Below are positions 56,743 to 64,000 of a DNA stretch of 64,000 bases, piece by piece. The position numbers were made by a program, and so were the translations under genes. Origin of the DNA: an uncultured Chloroflexia bacterium. GTDB taxonomy: Bacteria > Chloroflexota > Anaerolineae > Anaerolineales > Anaerolineaceae. The stretch spans positions 7,916 through 71,915 of the forward strand of contig CAVZGM010000003.1 of assembly GCA_963774925.1 (NCBI GenBank). Reading direction: 5' to 3'. Each line of letters begins with the position of its first letter. The first letter of the stretch is position 1. The notes below the pieces were generated by a model. That model was not told where the DNA came from. It ran no database searches and worked only from the letters and a program-made list of their open reading frames with translations.

Positions 56743-57399
56743 CTATTTTGCGCTTTCGATCGCAGTCAGCAAAGCCAGGGTCACATCCTCGATGATTTGG
56801 GCACCATCGATCTCGGTCAACAATCCGGCATTACGATAATAAGTTATTAAAGGTTCTGTCTGTTCCTGGTAAACCTTGATCCGATTCACCACGGTTTCAG
56901 ATTTGTCGTCATCACGTTGATAAAGTTCCGAACCATCCTCATCACAGACACCCAGGCTCTGTGGCGGGTGGAATTTCTCGTGGTACACATGCCCATTCTT
57001 CTTGCAGGTCCATCGTCCGCTTAACCGTTCGATCAGTATGCCTGCAGAAACCTGGATGGTCGGGGCGAGTGTTACCTTGCCGCTGATTTCGTTGAGCATC
57101 TTATCCAAAGCAATTGCCTGCGCCGGTGTCCGAGGAAAACCATCCAGGAGCGCGCCTTTTTGGCAATCCGGGCGGGTCAACCGTTCCCGTACCATCGCGA
57201 TGGTCACGTCATCCGGGACAAGTTCGCCTTTGGTCATGTAGGTTTGCGCCAGCTTTCCAAGATCGGTCTGACGCTTCAGATTATCCCGAAAAAGTTCACC
57301 GGAAGAGACATGCACAAGTCCAAATTGTTCTGCAATGATCTTGGCTTGTGTTCCCTTGCCTGCTCCCGGAGGACCTAAAAGGACAATGTACTTCGCCAT
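56743..57399 (-). CDS. adk: Adenylate kinase
   Basis: GPPGAGKGTQ P-loop and a lid with Cys/His/Asp ligands. Confidence 0.95.
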   Translation of the reverse strand: MAKYIVLLGPPGAGKGTQAKIIAEQFGLVHVSSGELFRDNLKRQTDLGKLAQTYMTKGELVPDDVTIAMVRERLTRPDCQKGALLDGFPRTPAQAIALDKMLNEISGKVTLAPTIQVSAGILIERLSGRWTCKKNGHVYHEKFHPPQSLGVCDEDGSELYQRDDDKSETVVNRIKVYQEQTEPLITYYRNAGLLTEIDGAQIIEDVTLALLTAIESAK

Positions 57400-57400
57400 C

Positions 57401-58732
57401 TTATCCCTTGATGATGCTCTCGTCGTAACCGTGAACTTTCAACTCGGTCTCGATGATGGTGAAGGTATCGCGGACCACGCCGACTACGATCAGCAAACCA
57501 GCAGCAGAAATGACAAACGCCACATTCTTAGCAACCGGCAGCACAGCTGCGATGAGATAAGGCAGCACCGCGACAAACCCGAGGAAGAAAGCACCAGGGA
57601 AAGTGATCCTGCGCTGCACCTTGGTCAGGTATTTCTGTGTGGGACCGCCGCGGACAACTCCCGGGATCTGGGCTCCCTGTTTCTTCAAGGTTTCACCGTA
57701 ATTCTGCTGAGTAAATAGTACGTCAGTATAGAAGAAGGTGAACGCCACAACCAGGACAAAGAACAGCACCGGGTATACCCAGCCGTCTCCGCTGAAGGTA
57801 TTGTAAAGCCAGTAGAAAAATCCGGATGTCTTCCCTCTGATGAAGTAGGAAGCAATCAAAGCAGGGAACGAGAGGAACGTTTGGGCAAAGATCAACGGGA
57901 TCATGCCTGCCATGTTCACCATCAAAGGCAGGTTGCTCCTGACCGGCATGGACATTCTATTGCCGATCCGGCGACCAGGGAATAACACTGGCACATTTCT
58001 GCGTCCTTGCTGCACATAAACAATCGCGAAAATGGTCAGCGCCAGCAATCCCACGATGATGATCAGCATCCACCAGCCATTCTCTTTATCCGCGAGGATG
58101 CCGAGCAGGTTTGTAGGCATTCTTGAGATGATACCCGCAAAGATGATCAACGAGAGACCCTGGTTGGGGATACCAAATTCTGAGATCAACTGACCCAGCC
58201 AGATGCCGAACATTGTTCCAGCGACCATGCTGGTAAGAAGGGTCACAGTGGGGAGAAAACTCTCGCCCGTGAACCCAAAGGGTACCTTAAGCACGGTTCC
58301 TGATTGCACCAGCGAATCGAAGATATTCACCTGACCGATAGCGGAAAGAAAAGCCATCGGGATGGTCAGCAGAGTCGTCCACTTCTCCATCAAGCTGCGC
58401 CCTTCGCGCGGGTTATCCTTGATGCGCCGATCCAGAGCGGGGATAATGGGTACCAACAATTGCAGGATGATTTGCGCGGTGATGTACGGGTAAACACCCA
58501 TCGCCAGGATGGAAAAGTTCGAGATGGTTCCGCCCGAGAGCAGATCCAACAGGCTGAAAAGGGACGCGCCTGCCCCACCCATTTCGGCGATCGACTTGAT
58601 CACCTCACGATTGATCCCGGGCACAGGTATATTTGCTGCCAGGCGATAAAGAATGAGCAAGATAATGGTGATCACCAGTTTCTTGCGGATGTCTTCTGAC
58701 TTCCATAGGTAGCGCCAGGCTGAACGCTTCAT
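57401..58732 (-). CDS. secY: Preprotein translocase SecY
   Basis: Ten TM segments and conserved LGI.PYITA.II.QLL. Confidence 0.95.
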   Translation of the reverse strand: MKRSAWRYLWKSEDIRKKLVITIILLILYRLAANIPVPGINREVIKSIAEMGGAGASLFSLLDLLSGGTISNFSILAMGVYPYITAQIILQLLVPIIPALDRRIKDNPREGRSLMEKWTTLLTIPMAFLSAIGQVNIFDSLVQSGTVLKVPFGFTGESFLPTVTLLTSMVAGTMFGIWLGQLISEFGIPNQGLSLIIFAGIISRMPTNLLGILADKENGWWMLIIIVGLLALTIFAIVYVQQGRRNVPVLFPGRRIGNRMSMPVRSNLPLMVNMAGMIPLIFAQTFLSFPALIASYFIRGKTSGFFYWLYNTFSGDGWVYPVLFFVLVVAFTFFYTDVLFTQQNYGETLKKQGAQIPGVVRGGPTQKYLTKVQRRITFPGAFFLGFVAVLPYLIAAVLPVAKNVAFVISAAGLLIVVGVVRDTFTIIETELKVHGYDESIIKG

Positions 58733-58754
58733 GAATTTCTCCTTGGTGTGAGCT

Positions 58755-59207
58755 CTAGGCGACGATTTCTACCTTGCCGCCAGCTGCTTCGATTTTCTCG
58801 CGGGCGGATTTTGACACCCGGTGGACCTGAACAGTCAGGGCAACTTTTAGCTCTCCCCGTCCAAGGATGGCGACAGGGTTGGCATTCTTGTGAAGCAGGT
58901 TGGCTTCAGCAAGGGTTACCTGTGAGATCACGCTGCCAGCCTGGAAGCGTTCCAATTGGTCAAGGTTGATCTCGTTATATTCCACCTGGGCGGGAGGAGT
59001 GAATCCCTCACCACGAATGAACGGCAAACGGCGGTAGAAAGGCAGGTTACCGCCCTGGCGGTAGAGATTACCACCGCTGCCAGCACGGGAACCCTGTCCC
59101 TTGGTACCACGACCAGCGGTTTTTCCCTGTCCCGCGGAAATACCATGACCCTTGCGTTTGGGTGCTTTCTTTTTGCCAATATTGGGCATGAGATCATGTA
59201 GTTTCAT
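58755..59207 (-). CDS. rplO: Ribosomal protein L15
   Basis: GRG...G.G.T.GRG.KGQ motif. Confidence 0.95.
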   Translation of the reverse strand: MKLHDLMPNIGKKKAPKRKGHGISAGQGKTAGRGTKGQGSRAGSGGNLYRQGGNLPFYRRLPFIRGEGFTPPAQVEYNEINLDQLERFQAGSVISQVTLAEANLLHKNANPVAILGRGELKVALTVQVHRVSKSAREKIEAAGGKVEIVA

Positions 59208-59413
59208 TGGACTTCTATCTCTTCCACTTTCACAAGATGATTAACTTTCATCAACATTCCGCGAACAACCGGAGAATCCACTTGCTCAACGCTCTGGTTG
59301 ATGCGGTGCAAGCCAAGCGCCCGGATGGTGGCTTTATGGCGCTCGGTATTCCCGATGACGCTTCTCACCAGAGTAATGCGCAATTTCTTGACTGACTCTT
59401 TTTTCTTAGCCAT
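59204..59413 (-). CDS. rpmD: Ribosomal protein L30
   Basis: [10 protein letters not shown]....H.ATIRALGL. Confidence 0.9.
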   Translation of the reverse strand: MAKKKESVKKLRITLVRSVIGNTERHKATIRALGLHRINQSVEQVDSPVVRGMLMKVNHLVKVEEIEVQ

Positions 59414-59936
59414 TCTTCCTCCGTTCCCAGTAAGGGATCAGATCCTTTACCGGTTTACCGCGCCGGGCTGCTTCAGTTTCCGGAGATTTCAGCTGCTCAA
59501 GCGCATTGAAAGTGGCTTTGACCACATTCAGAACGTTGGCACTGCCCAGCGACTTGGTGAGAATGTCATGGACACCAGCGGCCTCAAGCACGGCGCGGAC
59601 GCCGCCTGCAGCGATAACGCCGGTACCTGCAGAAGCAGGTTTGAGCAGGACGACCGCGCCAGCAGTTCGACCGGTCACTTCGTGCGGAATGGTAGTGTTA
59701 GCCAGGACAACCTTCCTGACATTCTTCTGCGCGCGCTCTGTCGCTTTGCGCATGGCGTCCGGCACAGCGTTTGCCTTGCCAATTCCGATGCCAATCTTGC
59801 CGTGGTTGTCACCAACAACAACAGTCACACGGAACTGGAAGCGGCGTCCGCCTTTAACTACTTTGGCAACACGGGCGATTTCAATGACGCGCTCGTCGTA
59901 TTGCTGTTCCAAAGGTTGATAATCCATCATAGTCAT
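59406..59936 (-). CDS. rpsE: Ribosomal protein S5
   Basis: [29 protein letters not shown]. Confidence 0.95.
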   Translation of the reverse strand: MTMMDYQPLEQQYDERVIEIARVAKVVKGGRRFQFRVTVVVGDNHGKIGIGIGKANAVPDAMRKATERAQKNVRKVVLANTTIPHEVTGRTAGAVVLLKPASAGTGVIAAGGVRAVLEAAGVHDILTKSLGSANVLNVVKATFNALEQLKSPETEAARRGKPVKDLIPYWERRKNG

Positions 59937-59964
59937 ATAGTAGGCCCTCTATCTCTCGTTTTGC

Positions 59965-60330
59965 CTAGAATTCGAGTCCAGCTTCGCGCGCTGCGTCAGC
60001 AAGGGTCTTCACCCTGCCAGCGTAACGGAATCCGCCGCGGTCAAAAACGACCGCCTTGATCCCTTTTTCCTTGGCGCGGTTGGCAACAGCCTCTCCAACC
60101 AGGCGGGCTTGTTCGCTCTTCTTCTTGCCCCCGAGCTTTTCACGCAGCTCTTGGTCAATACTGGAAGCGGATGCCAGGGTGATCCCGGCTTCGTCATCAA
60201 TGACCTGTGCGTAGATCTCAGCCAGACTGCGGAAAACGCTCAGGCGGGGTCGCAAAGCATTCCCGCGAACGTGCTTGCGAACGCGGTTATGCCGGTGTTG
60301 TCGAGCTTCAGTACGATTTTTCTTAGCCAT
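59965..60330 (-). CDS. rplR: Ribosomal protein L18
   Basis: RPRLSVFRS...IYAQVIDD...FDRGG..Y.GRV.ALA.AARE.GL.F. Confidence 0.95.
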   Translation of the reverse strand: MAKKNRTEARQHRHNRVRKHVRGNALRPRLSVFRSLAEIYAQVIDDEAGITLASASSIDQELREKLGGKKKSEQARLVGEAVANRAKEKGIKAVVFDRGGFRYAGRVKTLADAAREAGLEF

Positions 60331-60345
60331 ATTCTTTTACCTGCC

Positions 60346-60894
60346 TTAGCCTTTCGCCTTGCCAGCTTTACCAGCTTTGCGGCGAATCTTTTGGCCTTTG
60401 TATCGAATGCCCTTGCCAAGATATGGTTCAGGCGGGCGGATCTTGATGATATCTGATGCGAGCTGACCAACAACCTCTTTGTCAGCACCCAGGATCTTCA
60501 CCAGGCGGGTCTTGCTTTCGATCTCAAATGAGATCCCCGCCGGGGGGTCTATGACAAACGGGTGAGAGTAACCCACATATAAGACAAGTTTGTTGCCATC
60601 CATTTCCACGCGATACCCAACACCTTCGACTTCCAGTTCCTGGGTAAAACCGGTGGAAACACCGGTAATCATATTCGCCAGGACTGCCCGGGTGGTACCG
60701 TGCAATGCGCGGATGGGTGCAAGGTCAGAATTTCGGGTAACCAAGACCCTACCCTCTTCCTTGGTGATGGTGATATCACGAGAAAACTCGCGCTTCATCT
60801 CACCTTTCGGACCTTTAACAGTGACAACTGACCCCGCGATTTCAACCTGCACGGATGCGGGAATTTCGATCGGTAATTTGCCTATTCGAGACAC
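60346..60894 (-). CDS. rplF: Ribosomal protein L6 (GTG start at 60894)
   Basis: VSRIGKLPIEIP...VTVKGPKG. The ORF track extends further upstream. Confidence 0.95.
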   Translation of the reverse strand: MSRIGKLPIEIPASVQVEIAGSVVTVKGPKGEMKREFSRDITITKEEGRVLVTRNSDLAPIRALHGTTRAVLANMITGVSTGFTQELEVEGVGYRVEMDGNKLVLYVGYSHPFVIDPPAGISFEIESKTRLVKILGADKEVVGQLASDIIKIRPPEPYLGKGIRYKGQKIRRKAGKAGKAKG

Positions 60895-60920
60895 TTTGTC
60901 AATCCTCCTTTCCCACTGGG

Positions 60921-61334
60921 TTACCAGACCTTGCAGAGGAGTTCGCCGCCAACACCAAGCTGGCGGGCGCGCTGCCCGGTCATAACGCCCTTGGGAGTGG
61001 AAAGGATCGCAATTCCCATTCCTGCCAGAACCCACGGGATATCCTGTTTCTGTGAATAAACGCGGCGTCCAGGCCGGCTAATTCTTTCCATACCAGTGAT
61101 CACTGGAGTCCGTTCCCGACGCTCACCAACATACTTGATCTTGATGCGCAGGACCTTCATGCCAGGTTTTTCACCCTCAATAACCTCGTATCCCTCGATA
61201 AAACCTTCTTCTTTCAAGATCCTCGCGATTTCGCTCTTGATCTTGGAAGTCGGCATGGCAACCACGGCTTGACTAGCCATAACGCCATTCCGGATACGGG
61301 TCAACATATCAGCAATTGGATCATTAACACTCAT
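60921..61334 (-). CDS. rpsH: Ribosomal protein S8
   Basis: [13 protein letters not shown]. Confidence 0.95.
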   Translation of the reverse strand: MSVNDPIADMLTRIRNGVMASQAVVAMPTSKIKSEIARILKEEGFIEGYEVIEGEKPGMKVLRIKIKYVGERRERTPVITGMERISRPGRRVYSQKQDIPWVLAGMGIAILSTPKGVMTGQRARQLGVGGELLCKVW

Positions 61335-61356
61335 GTTTCTTCCTCCGAACTGGCAT

Positions 61357-61539
61357 TTACCAGGATGATTTCGTCACGCCAGGGATTTCGCCCTCAAGAG
61401 CAAGTTCCCGGAAACAAATGCGGCATAAACCGAACCGGCGCATGTAACCACGCGGGCGTCCGCATTTCTTGCAGCGATTCCGCACCTGGATGGGGTATTT
61501 TCGCCTTAATTCACGATATTCCATGCATTTTTTTGCCAT
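61357..61539 (-). CDS. rpsN: Ribosomal protein S14, zinc-binding type Z
   Basis: 61 aa with CKKCGRPRG...CRICFRE. Confidence 0.9.
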   Translation of the reverse strand: MAKKCMEYRELRRKYPIQVRNRCKKCGRPRGYMRRFGLCRICFRELALEGEIPGVTKSSW

Positions 61540-61540
61540 A

Positions 61541-62086
61541 CTAATCCTTCCTGAAAGGCATGCCAAGTAACTGAAGCAAGGCTCTCGCCTGTTCATCAGA
61601 TGGTGCCGAGGTCACGATTGTGATCTCCATGCCGCGGACTTTATCGACTTTGTCATATTCAATTTCCGGAAAGATGATCTGTTCGCGCAACCCAAGTGTG
61701 TAATTGCCGCGTCCATCAAAAGACTCGGCGGAAACTCCGCGGAAATCGCGGACACGGGGGAGCACAATATTCATCAACCGGTCAAGGAAAGCCCACATCT
61801 TTTCGCCGCGCAGGGTAACCGCAGTGCCGATTGCTCTTCCTTCACGAAGCTTGAAGTTCGCAATGCTCTTGCGTGCCTTCGTGATCACCGGTTTTTGACC
61901 AGTGATCGCGGATAGGTCTGCAACCGCCGCGTCCAGCGCTTTGGGGTTGTCCATAGCCTCACCCATGCCGATGTTGATGACAACCTTCTTGATCCTGGGA
62001 ATCTGCATGACGTTCTTCAGATCAAGCGCCTTCATCAACGCCGGTGAGATCTCATTTTGATAACGTTCTTTCATTACATTCATCAA
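61541..62086 (-). CDS. rplE: Ribosomal protein L5
   Basis: [20 protein letters not shown].... Confidence 0.95.
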   Translation of the reverse strand: MMNVMKERYQNEISPALMKALDLKNVMQIPRIKKVVINIGMGEAMDNPKALDAAVADLSAITGQKPVITKARKSIANFKLREGRAIGTAVTLRGEKMWAFLDRLMNIVLPRVRDFRGVSAESFDGRGNYTLGLREQIIFPEIEYDKVDKVRGMEITIVTSAPSDEQARALLQLLGMPFRKD

Positions 62087-62104
62087 GACACTCTCCCAAT
62101 CGGC

Positions 62105-62437
62105 TTATTCGTCGATCATTGCGTCGCATTCTTTGCAAACGCGTTTGGACTTGCCATCTTCACGCACCACTTTGACGCGTGTAGGTTTATTGCACTTCTT
62201 GCACACCAGCATGACGTTCGAGATGCTGACAGGCGCCTCAAACTTCACAATTCCTGGATTCACGGACCGTCCCTGGGATTGAACCTGGCGCTGATGCTTG
62301 GTGCGCATGTTCACGCCCTGAACAACCACACGGGCTTCATCAGGCACAACTTTGATCACATCGCCGCGCTTGCCTTTATCGTCCAGCGCGCCGCTGATGA
62401 TTTCAACCTGGTCACCTTTACGAATTTTTGCTTTCAT
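62105..62437 (-). CDS. rplX: Ribosomal protein L24 with C-terminal CxxC...CxxC
   Basis: KIRKGDQVEIISG KOW motif and CKKC...CKEC as in Thermus-type L24. Confidence 0.95.
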   Translation of the reverse strand: MKAKIRKGDQVEIISGALDDKGKRGDVIKVVPDEARVVVQGVNMRTKHQRQVQSQGRSVNPGIVKFEAPVSISNVMLVCKKCNKPTRVKVVREDGKSKRVCKECDAMIDE

Positions 62438-62458
62438 TCGATCGCTCCTTCTCTCCGG

Positions 62459-62830
62459 CTAGATCACTTCAGGGGCTAGAGAAACGATCTTCATGAACCC
62501 TTTTTCACGCAGTTCGCGTGCAACCGGTCCAAAAATACGCGTCCCTTTCGGGTTCTGGCCATCAGCATCCAAAATCACTGCCGCATTATCATCAAAACGA
62601 ATCGTGGAGCCATCCTCGCGGCGCCATGCCTGGGCAGTGCGAACGATGACCGCTTTGACGATATCGCTTTTCTTTACAGAACCTTGCGGAGCGGCTGACT
62701 TGACTGTGGCAACCACAATATCGCCTACCCCGCCATACTTTCGGGTGGAACCACCAGTGACATGAATCACAAGCAATTCACGAGCGCCAGTATTGTCCGC
62801 AACCTTAATCCGAGACTCATGTTGGATCAT
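62459..62830 (-). CDS. rplN: Ribosomal protein L14
   Basis: [16 protein letters not shown]. Confidence 0.95.
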   Translation of the reverse strand: MIQHESRIKVADNTGARELLVIHVTGGSTRKYGGVGDIVVATVKSAAPQGSVKKSDIVKAVIVRTAQAWRREDGSTIRFDDNAAVILDADGQNPKGTRIFGPVARELREKGFMKIVSLAPEVI

Positions 62831-63105
62831 TCCGCTGCCTCCTCAGCCACTTCCAGAGATTTGCCATCCTTACGGACGATCGACTGGACCATCCAGGCTT
62901 TTTCCTTGGAAATGGGGGCGCATTCAACGACCACAACAACATCGCCAATATTGCAGCCTAAATCATCATGCGCTTTGACTCTGTGAGTGGCGTGCACAAC
63001 CTTCCGGTACAGGGGGTGGCGATAGCTGCGCGCAACCTGGACCACGACTGTTTTCATCATTTTGTTACTGGTCACAACACCAGTCATGCGGCGACGTTCA
63101 TTCAT
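62827..63105 (-). CDS. rpsQ: Ribosomal protein S17
   Basis: [15 protein letters not shown]...HPLY.K. Confidence 0.95.
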   Translation of the reverse strand: MNERRRMTGVVTSNKMMKTVVVQVARSYRHPLYRKVVHATHRVKAHDDLGCNIGDVVVVVECAPISKEKAWMVQSIVRKDGKSLEVAEEAAE

Positions 63106-63314
63106 TTGGCACCTTCCACTTTCTGTCCGGACTCCCGCTCCTGCAGGATGGTCTCCAACCGCGCGATCTCGCGACGGGTGGCTTTTAGCCTGCTGGTGTC
63201 AGTCAATTGACCGGTCACCACTTGAAAGCGGAAGTTCATCAGCTCATTGCGCACATCGGAGAGTTTATTCTTGATCTCCTGGGTGGACAATAAACGAATT
63301 TCAGCTGTTTTCAT
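63102..63314 (-). CDS. rpmC: Ribosomal protein L29
   Basis: EIR.LS..E......R.ELMNFRFQ. Confidence 0.9.
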   Translation of the reverse strand: MKTAEIRLLSTQEIKNKLSDVRNELMNFRFQVVTGQLTDTSRLKATRREIARLETILQERESGQKVEGAK

Positions 63315-63739
63315 ACACTCTCTCCTGCAGCCGCGCTGCGGGCCAGTACTTTGGTCTTGATGGAGAACTTGTAAGCAGCCTGGTTCAATGCTTTTACCGC
63401 CTCTTCAGGACCTAATCCGCTGACCTCAAACATAATTCTGCCCGGCTTGACCACTGCCACGTAATACTCCACATTTCCTTTTCCTTTACCCATTCGGGTT
63501 TCGGGAGGACGGTGAGTATACGGTTTGTCAGGGAAGATCCGGATCCACACTTTTCCATGGCGTTTCATCGCGTGGACGATCGCACGGCGAGCGGCCTCAA
63601 TCTGGCGGGCAGTCACCCAACCCGGCTCTACAGCCTGGAGAGCGAACTCGCCGGAAATGATCTCGGCACCGCGAAGTGCCTTACCTCTCATACGTCCGCG
63701 CATCGTTTTGCGCCATTTAACACGTTTTGGCATCAACAT
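63311..63739 (-). CDS. rplP: Ribosomal protein L16
   Basis: [16 protein letters not shown]. Confidence 0.95.
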   Translation of the reverse strand: MLMPKRVKWRKTMRGRMRGKALRGAEIISGEFALQAVEPGWVTARQIEAARRAIVHAMKRHGKVWIRIFPDKPYTHRPPETRMGKGKGNVEYYVAVVKPGRIMFEVSGLGPEEAVKALNQAAYKFSIKTKVLARSAAAGESV

Positions 63740-63786
63740 AGCTGCTACCTCTTTCGAATTACCCGGAATATCGTCCGGTGTAGAGT

Positions 63787-64000
63787 CTATTCACTAACGT
63801 ACACACCCTCGGTGGCTTCAACTTTCTCTTCAACCCCGGTGATGACTTCACCTTTATAAATCCAAACCTTCACGCCGATACGGCCGTAGGTTGTCAGCGC
63901 TTCGAAACGGGCAAAATCAATGTTCGCGCGCAGGGTCTGCAGGGGAACACGACCATCACGCATCCAGACGATCCTGGCCATTTCAGCCCCACTCAAGCGG
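63787..64000 (-). CDS. rpsC: Ribosomal protein S3, C-terminal part (runs off the window)
   Basis: LSGAEMAR...[17 protein letters not shown]...[16 protein letters not shown]. Confidence 0.9.
   Translation of the reverse strand, partial: RLSGAEMARIVWMRDGRVPLQTLRANIDFARFEALTTYGRIGVKVWIYKGEVITGVEEKVEATEGVYVSE

Overview
The window has two compositionally different parts. Positions 1 to about 12,800 are visibly AT-richer. They carry genes typical of a Gram-negative or PVC-type organism: a formylglycine sulfatase, a TonB-dependent receptor, a porin ending in Phe, a HEAT-repeat protein, class II RNR and CstA. Several of these genes are badly fragmented. From about 12,800 to 64,000 the DNA is GC-rich and looks like a Chloroflexi/Anaerolineae-type chromosome. 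It ends in an almost complete spc/alpha ribosomal-protein cluster on the minus strand (rpsC through rplQ, then truA-rplM-rpsI). The two parts meet inside a single ORF (12536-13297) that fuses a C-terminally truncated carbamate kinase to the tail of a prenyltransferase/squalene-oxidase-repeat protein. I read this as an assembly chimera unless reads prove otherwise. Single-base frame breaks also hit conserved and essential genes (uvrA, ldh, rplQ, rsmI, mce, mcm and others), so sequence quality must be considered before calling pseudogenes. The most interesting loci are: (1) tRNA-Glu(UUC), followed by three tandem 71-72 bp units that each repeat the tRNA 3' end plus a terminator, with a diverged pseudo-tRNA copy about 0.9 kb away; together they bracket a two-gene cassette of a small protein and a nucleotidyltransferase. 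(2) A minus-strand cluster of two purine-type amidohydrolases, a GntR regulator, two different carbamoyltransferases (ATCase-like and YgeW-like) and a carbamate kinase. (3) A low-GC island holding an orphan RHS fragment, two lipoprotein genes, a RAYT (IS200-like Y1 transposase) flanked by inverted GTAG-hairpin REPs, and two 255-bp direct repeats. Smaller observations include a CPA2 antiporter without an RCK domain next to a PII-like gene, an operon of an ATP-cone/uridine-kinase fusion, a membrane protein and a phosphatase, a MerR-type 19-bp-spacer promoter on an apparently leaderless mRNA, and a candidate LexA box at uvrA. I saw no CRISPR array or rRNA gene.
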